Positions 53,540 to 64,000 of a stretch of DNA of 64,000 bases are shown here, piece by piece; the stretch's first letter is position 1; each line of letters opens with the position of its first letter. The notes below the pieces were generated by a model. It ran no database searches. It saw only the letters and a program-made list of their open reading frames with translations, and was not told where the DNA came from. Both the position numbers and the translations under genes were made by a program. Source of the DNA: an uncultured Methanoregulaceae archaeon (lineage in GTDB: Archaea; Halobacteriota; Methanomicrobia; Methanomicrobiales; Methanospirillaceae); NCBI GenBank assembly GCA_963705255.1, contig OY970061.1, positions 608,001 to 672,000 of the forward strand. The letters run 5' to 3'.

Positions 53540-54740
53540 TCAATCGAGGTTCCGGCTGCAGCCGCACAGTATTGCCGCTTCTGACACGGCTTTTGCAACG
53601 GCCTGCGTCACACCCTTGTCAAGGATGTTGGGAAGGATCCGGTCATGGCGGGGTTTTTGTACATACTCCGCAATTGCATGCGCTGCTGCGATCTTCATCT
53701 CATCCGTGATACGGGTCGCGCGGGCATCGAGGGCACCGCGGAAGATCCCCGGGAAAGCGAGAACGTTGTTGATCTGGTTGGGGAAATCGCTTCTCCCGGT
53801 CCCTACGACGACAGCCCCTGCGTGCCTGGCAGCGTCCGGCCAGATTTCAGGGACCGGATTTGCCATGGCGAATACGATGGCATCCCTGTTCATCGACCTG
53901 ACCATCTCTTCAGAGAGGACGTCCGGGGCAGAGACGCCGATAAAAACGTCTGCGCCTCTCACCGCGTCAGCGAGAGACCCGCAGAGTGCCGGCTTGTTGG
54001 TCTCTTCGGCAATGATAAACTTGTACTTGTTCTTGTAGAGTCCTTCACGTCCCCGGAAGATGGTCCCCTTGGTGTCGCAGACAATGATCTCATTGACCGT
54101 TGTACAGACGTCCGGGTTATACCCGATGCATTTCAGCAGCCGGGTGATTGCAAAACCTGCTGCTCCGGCACCACAGATCACGATATTCAGGTCAGGGTAT
54201 TTTTTGCCGGTGACTTTGCAGGCATTCAGAAGTGCTGCGAGAACAACAACCGCAGTTCCGTGCTGGTCGTCGTGCATAACCGGTATCCCGATGTCCTGAA
54301 GCGCGTCCTCGACCTCAAAACATTTCGGGGCTGCAATATCCTCTAGGTTGATGCCCCCGAAGACTGGTGCAATATTTTTTACCTGGTCAGTAAAATCGGT
54401 CTCATAGCTCTCGAAACAGATCGGGAATGCATCGACACCGGCAAACTCCTTGAAAAGGATCGCTTTTCCCTCCATGACCGGGATCGCTGCGTATCCCCCG
54501 ATGTTCCCAAGACCGAGAACGGCAGAGCCGTCGGTGACTATCGCAATGGTATTCGCTTTAAGCGTATACTTATAGGCGAGGTTCCTGTCTTTTATGATCT
54601 CACGGCACACTTCGGCAACGCCCGGCGTATACGCCCGGGAAAGGTCGGCCTTATCCCTCAACGGTACTTTCGGTCGGATCTCAAGTTTCCCGTGGTGCTT
54701 TGCATGCAGGGCAAGCGCTTCGGCGTAGATCTCGTCACTT
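53540..54740 (-). CDS. NAD(P)-dependent malic enzyme (start uncertain)
   Basis: AYTPGVA, VTDGSAVLGLG, MEGK, NLEDI, HDDQHGTA, NQINNVLAFPG. Confidence 0.93.
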
Positions 54741-54986
54741 CCTGGTGAAAACTGCAACCGGATCCTTCCTGTACGAGAAAATGTCGGGACAGGTAAAGAA
54801 GTTAGTGGTAGGACAGGAGTAATGCCAAAGGGCAATGGTCCCGGCACTGTACCAATGTCTGCGATTATCTGCCGGGTCGTTAAGAAGATTATAAGGCAAG
54901 GATGAACAACTATATACGTTAAGGTATAACTTAGTCAATCGGCCTGCTGAAAACTCAGGTACTCTACTATTACGGATGTATCTGTC

Positions 54987-55085
54987 ATGAAGTCAAAAGA
55001 TATTGCAATTGTCGGGATCCTGCTTGCCGTCGGTGCGATTGTCAGCTGCGTCTACGCATCCCTTTATGTCAACCAGATCCTCTGA
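54987..55085 (+). pseudogene. 32-aa remnant resembling the N-terminus of TrpP-like transporter proteins
   Basis: MKSKDIAIVGILLAVGAIV followed by a short tail and stop. Confidence 0.45.
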
Positions 55086-55141
55086 AGATTCAGAAGTTTA
55101 AAAAGGGGACAGATACGGTTCCGGAAGTTTTTAAAACAAGA

Positions 55142-55213
55142 CGCCCCGGCCGGGACTTGAACCCGGGTCAAAAGCTCCGCAGGCTTCTAGGATGTCCACT
55201 ACCCCACCGGGAC
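55142..55213 (-). tRNA. tRNA-Arg(GCG)
   Basis: Cloverleaf GTCCCGG/CCGGGGC acceptor stem, anticodon arm GAAGC-CT-GCG-GA-GCTTT, GTTCAAGTC T-loop. Confidence 0.95.
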
Positions 55214-55308
55214 GCAATTACTGCCTGCCTTACTTTAAACGTTTTCATCGCTTAAATAATTGACCATAAAAGAATTATTTTCATGGTTTTGATCCATTGC
55301 CGGGAACA

Positions 55309-56079
55309 TTACGTTAAAAAAATTGGTCCAATCTGGTTTAATCTTTTGACATATGCCTGAGTCTCGCACTCGGTGGTAGAGAGATCGACACTCTCGTTGA
55401 GATTCTGTGAGGGTTTAACCCAGAAACCGACGGTGGGCGTCACGTTGAATCCCTTCATTTCAATCAGCAGTTGGCCGGGAGTATTTATCTGGATCGTCTT
55501 GTTCAGGTTTTGGTCATACTTGGTGCCAAACCCGTCCTGGGTATAAATTTCACCGGTTGTTGCGTTTCTGACCGTGACCTCAAAATAGGAATACGGCGCG
55601 TAATACGAGTATGGAATCGTGCTTCCTGCTTGATTGTTGTATTGTGATTGTGATATCTTCGTGCCGGTAACATTGAAAGGATTGGTGAGAGTGTAGTTGA
55701 TATACATGGGCGGATTCTTGAGATCAAAACTCTTTGCGATCGTCTTGACTTGAAAGGTCATGTTAAAGCTATCCTTGTAGATCAGGCAGACTTGGTCTTC
55801 AGGAACCGGGGTAAAAACCGGCTGCGTCTGGTACAGGGTGGGAGTGCTGGTCTGGGTCGGGTAAACTGTTGCCTGGGCAACTAACGCCGGTGTCGTCATT
55901 CCCGGGTTTGCCTGACCCGCATTACTATTTGTGGTGCCGGAAGAGGACCCTCCTTCACCTCCTGTCACGGTCTCTGCTGGAGGAACTACATCCTTTGGCG
56001 GCGCCACGCATCCGGAAAACAGCGCAATGGATAGCATGAGGATTGCAAAAGCCACGGGCAGGAATTTTATGTTCATCAT
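55309..56079 (-). CDS. Putative lipoprotein
   Basis: Signal peptide with SGC lipobox, Thr/Pro-rich linker, LKNPPMYINY. Confidence 0.8.
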   Translation of the reverse strand: MMNIKFLPVAFAILMLSIALFSGCVAPPKDVVPPAETVTGGEGGSSSGTTNSNAGQANPGMTTPALVAQATVYPTQTSTPTLYQTQPVFTPVPEDQVCLIYKDSFNMTFQVKTIAKSFDLKNPPMYINYTLTNPFNVTGTKISQSQYNNQAGSTIPYSYYAPYSYFEVTVRNATTGEIYTQDGFGTKYDQNLNKTIQINTPGQLLIEMKGFNVTPTVGFWVKPSQNLNESVDLSTTECETQAYVKRLNQIGPIFLT

Positions 56080-56509
56080 CCACAGTACAGGTTTTCATGG
56101 ATATTAAGTATTTCAAAAAATGCGATCAGAGTCGTCTTTGATGGTTATTTCTCGATCATGAATTATAGGGTCGAGTAATGACTTGATGCTGGTAAAAATT
56201 GAGTGGTACGCCGGTTTTGCAGGATATATGATTACCTGAAACACCAATCCGGGTCCTGCCGATAAAATTGAGATACCGGTCATTTATCCGTATGACCCTG
56301 TTATCGCTATCGAGTACAGAATACGATCATGGACCTATCCGGACATCGAGTCCAGAAGAACCCGCAATAATAATAAAAAACCAAATTAATAATAATACGA
56401 CATCGTTATATCAGTTCATTCAATAAAAAATAATTATGTCATGTCGACAAATAAACAATCATACCTTCAGAGCACTGAGTAATATCAACATCTTACGGAG
56501 AAATTGCTG

Positions 56510-57805
56510 ATGGCAGACATAAAAAAATGCGCATTTCTTTTATTGATCCTATGTATAGGATTGATTGCCCCGGTTACGGCCGGAACGAAATATATGGCAG
56601 GGAGTCCGGAACTGTCTGCTTATATCTCGGGGACAAATCAATTTGAAGCGGGAGACACGGTTCAGCTGGCTATCGTAATTCAGAACACCGGTCTCAACGA
56701 ATTTAAATTTGTTGATTCAGGAATTGTTGACCGCACTGACCTCCCGAACACGGCAAAATTTCTTACTGCTGCCATCCAGCCGAGCTATGCGCCTATTATA
56801 ATAAAATCTGATGCGCAGATGCTGGGAGATCTTGACGGAGGCAGCACCGTCAATGCGGTCTTCTCAACAAAAATCAATTCTGATGCTGCTGCCGGCATTT
56901 ACAATATCCCCCTGTGGCTGAATTATACATATCTGTATACAGCAGACCAATACGGTGAAGATACCATCAGGTATACCTATAAAACCGAAAACGTGACGGT
57001 AAATGTCCCGATCAACATAACACCGGATGTCTCTGTCGCTGTACTTTCAGCAACACCCGAAGACCTGAATGTCGGCACTGAAGGTTACATCAATATGACG
57101 ATCAAAAATACCGGTTATGAGGATGGAAGCAAATCAATTGTCAGGATTCTTCAGAACGGTCAGAGCCCTATTGTACCGGTTGACAGCAGTGTCTACATCG
57201 GGGATTTTCCCGCAGGAAGCGTTGTCAACTGCACGTACAAGGTGGCAGTCACCAGCGATGCACAGAAACAAACGTATCCTGTCGATGTTGTGGTAGTCTA
57301 CCAGAATACCGAGGGCGACTATGTTACTTCCCGGAGCGATACCTTTGGTATACCGGTCGGAGGCAAAGTTGATTTTGATGTCATCTCCCCGCCGTCTGTG
57401 CTCAATCCCGGAGAGAAAAATGCCATAACGGTTGGATTTAAAAACACCGGTGATGCCACGGTCTACAGTGCCCAGGCCCTTATCAGCGCTGTAGATCCAT
57501 TTACCAGCGATGATGATATTGCCTTCCTTGGAGACCTGAGTCCTGGTCAATCGGCAACTGCTTCATATATTGTCAGTGTCGACCGTACAGCCAACATCAA
57601 AGAGTACGGACTGGACTCACAGATTCAATACCGTGACGCGCTGGACAATGCCTATACATCAGATACTATGAAAGTCACGGTAGATGTAACTCGACCGGCG
57701 GGGGTTAACGCTATAGTTTCAAATCCCATCTATCTGGTCATAATTATCGCGGCGATAATCGGGATCGTTTATTTGGTAAACAGATACCGGAAGAAAAATA
57801 AATAA
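56510..57805 (+). CDS. COG1361 S-layer-domain protein
   Basis: Signal peptide, repeated NTG/IGD Ig-like modules, C-terminal TM + basic tail. Confidence 0.85.
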   Translation: MADIKKCAFLLLILCIGLIAPVTAGTKYMAGSPELSAYISGTNQFEAGDTVQLAIVIQNTGLNEFKFVDSGIVDRTDLPNTAKFLTAAIQPSYAPIIIKSDAQMLGDLDGGSTVNAVFSTKINSDAAAGIYNIPLWLNYTYLYTADQYGEDTIRYTYKTENVTVNVPINITPDVSVAVLSATPEDLNVGTEGYINMTIKNTGYEDGSKSIVRILQNGQSPIVPVDSSVYIGDFPAGSVVNCTYKVAVTSDAQKQTYPVDVVVVYQNTEGDYVTSRSDTFGIPVGGKVDFDVISPPSVLNPGEKNAITVGFKNTGDATVYSAQALISAVDPFTSDDDIAFLGDLSPGQSATASYIVSVDRTANIKEYGLDSQIQYRDALDNAYTSDTMKVTVDVTRPAGVNAIVSNPIYLVIIIAAIIGIVYLVNRYRKKNK

Positions 57806-58181
57806 TCCGCGAATGAGGGGTTTTACAATCCACATTCTTGTTATATCCTCTGAAAAACTTCCCGGGAAAGAGTAATTAGGTGAGCACTTCAACTCTCTTG
57901 GTAAAATTCCGAACCTTTTTCGGTAATGTAACAGAGTACATGAGATCGGGTAAAGGATAAATCCAGATCCTAAATTTTTTTATTTTACGACGATATTTTC
58001 GAAAAAAATTTTGTAACCAAAATGGAAAGAGAAAAAGTTTCAATGAATCACGGTATAGCTTTTCGCGTTATGGAATCTGTATACAAGTCTATCGCTTTGT
58101 GGGAGTCGCAACAGCGGTGGGGTCAACCGAAGGCTGTAAAGAAGATTTCCATGGGAAAATCTCTGGCTGCGGAGCCTTTGT

Positions 58182-58206
58182 TCGAAGAATCCTGCGGGTT
58201 CTTTTC
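58182..58206. repeat. Isolated copy of the TCGAAG...CTT(C/T)TC hairpin family
   Basis: tcgaagaatcc-tgc-gggttcttttc; the opposite strand has a c-GCA-g loop. Confidence 0.6.
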
Positions 58207-58843
58207 GTGTCTCCACTCTTCGTGATTCAACATGCCGCAGCCCCCAGGAGCGTGAGAATTACTGATAGGAGTGCTGTTTACAAAAGATTTTATGTAAAAA
58301 TCAGGAACTAAAATAGCACTTTATCCTACCCGTTTACTTCGATCATTTTGAGTAAAGCCATCATACTTTATCCTATCGTATCAACGGAACTCTTTATCGG
58401 AGCCGAAACATCGGGTGAAAAGTCAGAATATATATATACCGTCGTGATTAACCATTAATCCAAACAAAACAGAGTTAAATCAAGTAATTTTTAATTAATA
58501 CCAACGGGGTGATAACATGGATATCACGGAAGGTTTTCTTCTTCTTCACGGAGGTATTTCCCGGACTGCGGTCTCTCTCTGTTTGCAGAGAAGGAATTTA
58601 CCGGTTGGACCGTCGGTTGGTGAGAGCAGCGACAGGCTGTCCCTCCCCGCGGTGGCAGGGGCCTTCATTTTTCTTCTCTCGTCACTCAGGATGTGCTCCG
58701 TGACGGGAAGGTGCTCCTATCAGACCGGGACCGGGTTTGGTGCGGACATTTCTGGTCTCAGTATCGGTACTTATTCTCAGTGCTATCGCTCTCGATGGAA
58801 GCACTATCCGGATCAAGACACCCATTCTGGCCGGCGATGATGC

Positions 58844-60169
58844 ATGACCATCCCGCGTATTCTCATTGCCGGGACTCATAGCGGGTGCGGAAAGACGACT
58901 GTCGCAAGCGGGATCATGGCAGCTCTTGTTGCCCGCGGGCTGACGGTTCAGCCGTTCAAGGTCGGCCCTGACTTTATCGACCCCTCGCACCATACTTCCA
59001 TCTGCGGCCGGTCTTCAAGAAACGTGGACCCTTTTATGATGGGCGAAGACGGGTGCGCCAGTACATTCTCGCGGGCAACGGCAGACGCTGATATTGCGGT
59101 CATCGAAGGCGTCATGGGAATGTTTGACGGGGTCGACGGATCGGATCTTTCAAGCACTGCGCATGTCGCACGGATCCTCCATGCACCTGTCATCCTTGTC
59201 GTAGATGCCAAAGGAATGTCGCGGAGTGTCCATGCTCTGGTGAAAGGATTCCGTGAATATGATCCATCCCTGGACATTGCAGGGATAATCGTGAACAGGA
59301 TCGGGAGCCCGCGTCACCGGGATATGATAGGATCTTTCCTGCAGGTACCGGTATTCGGATGGATCCCGAAGAGGGAGGATATCACCGTCGGGAGCCGTCA
59401 TCTCGGCCTCGTCATGGCCCATGAGTCCGGAGTACTGAATGAAACAGGCCGTCTCATCGAAGAGTTTTGCAACCTGGACGCGATCACTGCTGCTGCCGGA
59501 ACTGCCCCCCCCCTTGTCTCAGTTTCCCGCAAGGAACACGGGGAACCGATCCGTGCCCGTATCGGTGTGGCTATAGACTCTGCATTCTGTTTTTATTACC
59601 AGGACAATTTCGATCGCCTCCTGACCATGGGTGCAGATCTTGTATTTTTCAGCCCGTTGTCGGACCGGCTTCCCGATGTCGATGGGGTGTATCTTGGCGG
59701 CGGGTATCCGGAACTCCACCTCAGGTCTCTGGAAACATGCAGGTGCAGGGACGACATCAGGTGCCTGGTGGATAAGGGGATGCCGCTCTATGCAGAATGT
59801 GGCGGGCTCATGTATCTCACCCGCGAGATCACAGCAGAAAAAACGTACCGGATGGCAGGTGTACTTCCGGCAGTCTCGGAAATGACCGGCCGTATCCAGG
59901 CGCTGGGGTATGTCAAAGGCGAAGCAATCGGGAACTGTTCATTTATCTCCGGAAAACAGGAAATTCTCGGCCATGAATTCCATTACTCGCGGATCGTTCC
60001 GGATACTGATGCTCGATATGCCTTCAGTCTTTCCCGCGGAAAGGGAATAGCCGGCGGGCAGGACGGGCTCATCGCACACAATGCCCTTGGCTCATATACC
60101 CATTCATATTTCTCTCCTGCCTTTGCGAAAGACTTCATCGGTGCTGCTGCCAGGTTCTCCAGCGAATAA
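58844..60169 (+). CDS. cbiA: Cobyrinate a,c-diamide synthase (CbiA/CobB; the CfbB paralog is not excluded)
   Basis: GTHSGCGKTT, FKVGPDFID, EGVMG, AFCFYY, GGGYPE, AECGG, GHEFHYS. Confidence 0.85.
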   Translation: MTIPRILIAGTHSGCGKTTVASGIMAALVARGLTVQPFKVGPDFIDPSHHTSICGRSSRNVDPFMMGEDGCASTFSRATADADIAVIEGVMGMFDGVDGSDLSSTAHVARILHAPVILVVDAKGMSRSVHALVKGFREYDPSLDIAGIIVNRIGSPRHRDMIGSFLQVPVFGWIPKREDITVGSRHLGLVMAHESGVLNETGRLIEEFCNLDAITAAAGTAPPLVSVSRKEHGEPIRARIGVAIDSAFCFYYQDNFDRLLTMGADLVFFSPLSDRLPDVDGVYLGGGYPELHLRSLETCRCRDDIRCLVDKGMPLYAECGGLMYLTREITAEKTYRMAGVLPAVSEMTGRIQALGYVKGEAIGNCSFISGKQEILGHEFHYSRIVPDTDARYAFSLSRGKGIAGGQDGLIAHNALGSYTHSYFSPAFAKDFIGAAARFSSE

Positions 60170-60416
60170 ACCTGATAGCTGTTGCCTGTCAGACAGGATT
60201 TTCACTTTCCTGTCCATGAGATAAATGACAGAATCGCCGCCGCAGAGGGAGCGATGAGAGCCCCTTACTGATTGCGAATAATTTTTTTTTTGACTTTTTC
60301 ATTCAGTACCTAATCCGGCTGGTTGTTTTTTCGGCCCGGACAAACGTTGTAAAACCGGAAATAAATATGTACTCAACAAGAACCGGACCACGAGGTTCTG
60401 TAAAAAAATTTGGTGA

Positions 60417-61067
60417 TTATGCTGTTCCTGCACTGTCATAGAGCAGGGCCAGGTAGCGGGAATAGAAGAGAACCAGGAATGGCAAGATGATGAGCAGGAT
60501 GACGATCCCGACTTTCGGGATGAGCATACAGATGCCTTCGATAATTCCCAGGATAATGACCATGATGATCAGTGCGATGATGTAGGGAACCCACCCGATC
60601 TTGCCAATATGGGCGAAGATTGCATCGAAGTTGAACGCTTCCCCGAAACTGCCGGTGCGGGCAAAACGGACATACGCAGTCGCTGTGATCAGGCCGATTA
60701 CGACTGCCACAATGACGAGGAGGATCGCGATGGCTCCAGCACCTGCCAGGCCGGTCATCATGGCAGATGTATTCCCGGTCATCATGGCCGATGCCATGAC
60801 CGTCCCCAGTGCAAGGAATTCCAGGATGAGGATCGGTATGGCATAGATTAGCGCCACGACAAACAATTTGACCCCGTCGATAAATAACCCTCCCCAGTCC
60901 CCGAGTTCCGGCGAAGGGGCAGCACCCTTGAAGATCCGCATCATGTATCCCAGAATGAACGGGAAGATAATACAGCTGATGATCAGCAGGATCCACTTCA
61001 CCCACTTTCCAACGAGACCCTCCTTGGCATACGCAAAAGAGTCACCTACCATTTTTCCGTAATCCAT
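60417..61067 (-). CDS. DUF4013-like membrane protein
   Basis: DSFAYAKE, ILGYMMRI, LFIDGVK, FARTGSFGEAFNF. Confidence 0.85.
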   Translation of the reverse strand: MDYGKMVGDSFAYAKEGLVGKWVKWILLIISCIIFPFILGYMMRIFKGAAPSPELGDWGGLFIDGVKLFVVALIYAIPILILEFLALGTVMASAMMTGNTSAMMTGLAGAGAIAILLVIVAVVIGLITATAYVRFARTGSFGEAFNFDAIFAHIGKIGWVPYIIALIIMVIILGIIEGICMLIPKVGIVILLIILPFLVLFYSRYLALLYDSAGTA

Positions 61068-61199
61068 ACAATTCACCACAGTAATTATTCTGAACCATCC
61101 GTGACTTTCCATGCCACAAACGATTTAAAGAACTGACAACTTCGCAAAATATAAATTTATCGCAAAATTTGCGTCTGAATCGAAAAATATTGATAAAAT

Positions 61200-62685
61200 T
61201 CAGTGCCTGAAGTACCGGACGCCCGTAAAAACCATTGCCATGTGGAGACGGTTCGCTGCTTCGATCACTTCCTTGTCGCGGATGGAGCCGCCCGGCTGGA
61301 CGAGGGCAGTTGCCCCTGCTGCAGCCGCAACTTCAAGGGTATCCGGGAACGGGAGGAACGCATCTGAGGCTACGGAAGATCCTTTCAGCGAGGCACATGC
61401 CTTCGCAATGGCAATCTTTGCGGAATCCACCCTGCTCATCTGGCCGGCGCCGATTCCCAGGGTGCGGTTCCGGTCCGCAAAGATGATAGTATTGCTTTTT
61501 GTGTGCCTGCACACTTTCCAGGCCAGCTGAAGAGCCTTCATCTCATCGGCGGACGGGTCACGATCAGTAATAACCTGCCAGTGCTCCTGGTACAGGGGGA
61601 GTCCGCTGGGTCAGGACCCCACCGTCAATGGTCCGGATTTCATCAGATTCGGATCTTTGGGGAAGGGGGAGCACCCGCATGGTCTCTTTCTTTTTCATGA
61701 CTTCAAGGGAATCATGAGAGAACGAAGGGGCAACAATGACTTCGACATACGTTTTGCAGATCTCTTCTGCTGTCTTCCGGGTTATTTCCCGGTTCAGGCA
61801 GGCAACCGAGCCATACGCCGAGACCGGATCAACTTCCCGTGCCGTAAGATACGCATCAAGAATATCCGGGCTGGTCGCAACACCGCAGGGGTTATTGTGC
61901 TTGACAATAACGGCGGCCGGCTCGTCAAATTCGCGGAGGAGTGCCGCACCGGCATTGACATCCAGGTAATTATTGTAGGACATCTGTTTTCCCTGAAGGG
62001 GTTCCGTCCCCGCGATCCCCCGGCTGCCATACACTGCTGCCAGCTGATGGGGGTTCTCGCCGTACCGCAATGCACGGCCGTGACTGAACTGGACGGTAAA
62101 TGTCTCCGGGAACGGGGAGTCAAGCCTGTACAGGTAATTACTGATCGCTGCGTCATAGGCCGCTGTCCGTGCAAATGCTTTCTTCGCAAGCCGGAAACGC
62201 TCTTCAGCAGAAATGCCATCACTCCGTATAGCATGGATAATTTCCGGGTAGTCCTCAGGATCAACGACGACAGCGACATCCTTGTAATTTTTTGCTGCTG
62301 CCCTGATCATGGCAGGGCCGCCGACATCGATATACTCGATCATTGATTCGAGGTTCAGCTCTTTCTGCAACATTGCCTCGAAAGGATACAGGTTCACGAC
62401 CAGCAGGTCGATACGACTAATGCCATGTTTTGCCATGACCGCATCATCTATCTGCCTGCGGCCGAGAAGTCCCCCGTGGACCTTGGGGTGAAGTGTCTTG
62501 ACCCGACCGTCCATCATCTCGGGAAAACCGGTGTAACTTGACACTTCCGTAAATTTCACCCCGGCTCCGGCAAGGGCCTTTCCCGTGCCCCCGGAACTCA
62601 TGATATTGTACTTCAGTTCGGCCAGCACCTGCGCAAACTCAATAATACCCTTCTTGTCCCAGACTGAGAGCAATGCCCACTTCAT
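61200..62685 (-). CDS. purH: Bifunctional AICAR transformylase/IMP cyclohydrolase (frameshift near 61595)
   Basis: [30 protein letters not shown]; second frame [24 protein letters not shown]. Confidence 0.95.
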
Positions 62686-62963
62686 GGTCTAGTGTATGCT
62701 GGACAGGAAAGAAAAAGGTATGGAGATACAATCCCCGTATGCTGATTATTGTCCAAAAGGAAATTTTCACCGGAAATTTTTTAAATTAAATTACTATTCA
62801 ACTGCAATTAAAGCGCTTGCCATGCTCGGTTGTTTAATCATAAGATTAATTCAGCCCTGTTCTCCAAAACAACCTCATTTCATCGAATCCTGAACGGAGA
62901 AGATGTCAATATTTATATAGAACTACAATACAATAGTTATTTGAACATCGAACGGGATGTACT

Positions 62964-63506
62964 ATGGACGATGCAGAACGCAAGTCAGAACAGGACGAAG
63001 AGCAGGAATTTCCTTCACCGGAAACCCTGCTCCCCGAATCCCCCTCTAGTGCACAGGAACTGGAGAAGCAGAAAAAAGCTCTGAGTGATCTGAATGATCA
63101 GTTCCTGAGACTTGCTGCTGATTTTGAAAATTTTAAAAAACGTACTGCACGTGAACGGGAATCGGTTGCGGCTCTCGCGAACGAACGGTTCGCAGTCGAT
63201 CTCCTCGAGGTTCTTGACAATTTTGAACGGGCTCTCAGGGCGGACGACCTGCACCTGCGTGAAGGCGTCACGCAGATCCGGCAACTCCTCGCGGAACAGC
63301 TGGGGCGTCACGGCATCACACCCATAGAATCACTGAAAAGACCATTCAATCCCGCGGAACATGAAGCGATAGTTCACGTCCCCTCGGATGAGACCGAAGG
63401 GACAGTTATCGATGAAATATCCCGCGGGTACCGGATGAATGACAAAGTGATCAGGTACGCAAAAGTGGCTGTATCAAAAGGAAATCAGAGAGATCAGGAG
63501 GCATAA
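62964..63506 (+). CDS. grpE: Nucleotide exchange factor GrpE
   Basis: RLAADFENFKKR, LDNFERA, FNPAEHEA, GYRMNDKVIR. Confidence 0.96.
   Translation: MDDAERKSEQDEEQEFPSPETLLPESPSSAQELEKQKKALSDLNDQFLRLAADFENFKKRTARERESVAALANERFAVDLLEVLDNFERALRADDLHLREGVTQIRQLLAEQLGRHGITPIESLKRPFNPAEHEAIVHVPSDETEGTVIDEISRGYRMNDKVIRYAKVAVSKGNQRDQEA

Positions 63507-64000
<494 letters not shown>

Noticed and set aside
58517-58840. 107-aa ORF or cobalamin riboswitch upstream of cbiA
   Set aside because: The ORF has an SD-like GGGGTGA but no protein-like features, and no B12-box consensus was found.

Overview
Archaeal chromosomal window that looks like a hydrogenotrophic methanogen of the Methanomicrobiales (Methanoregula-like). 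This is inferred from gene content, archaeal RNase P RNA, PGF-CTERM/S-layer proteins and TATA-type promoters. Housekeeping blocks: an ACDS operon (cooC-like tail, cdhABCDE, RACo activator), cimA-ilvB-ilvH, a polyphosphate operon (ppk1, CHAD-HD, ppx), pntAB, tgtA-arcS, rnpB, tRNA-Arg(GCG), cbiA, purH and grpE-dnaK. Many genes carry single-base frameshifts, most likely long-read assembly errors. Three features stand out. (1) An AT-richer accessory cassette (24.6-29.6 kb) combines a membrane-anchored Hanks-type Ser/Thr kinase, a PP2C phosphatase, an APC permease, a P-II protein and an SSAT-like GNAT. Its two near-identical divergent promoters each carry an NrpR-type GGAA-N6-TTCC(T) operator, making it a candidate nitrogen-regulated phospho-signalling/transport system. 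(2) A dispersed family of intergenic hairpins has covarying stems, c-GNA-g triloops and GA/GA-closed bases, suggesting a structured ssDNA (REP-like) element. (3) The scar of a deleted type I-C CRISPR-Cas locus is visible as a decayed cas3 HD 5' end joined to a degenerate repeat. All calls come from reading the sequence; no searches were run.
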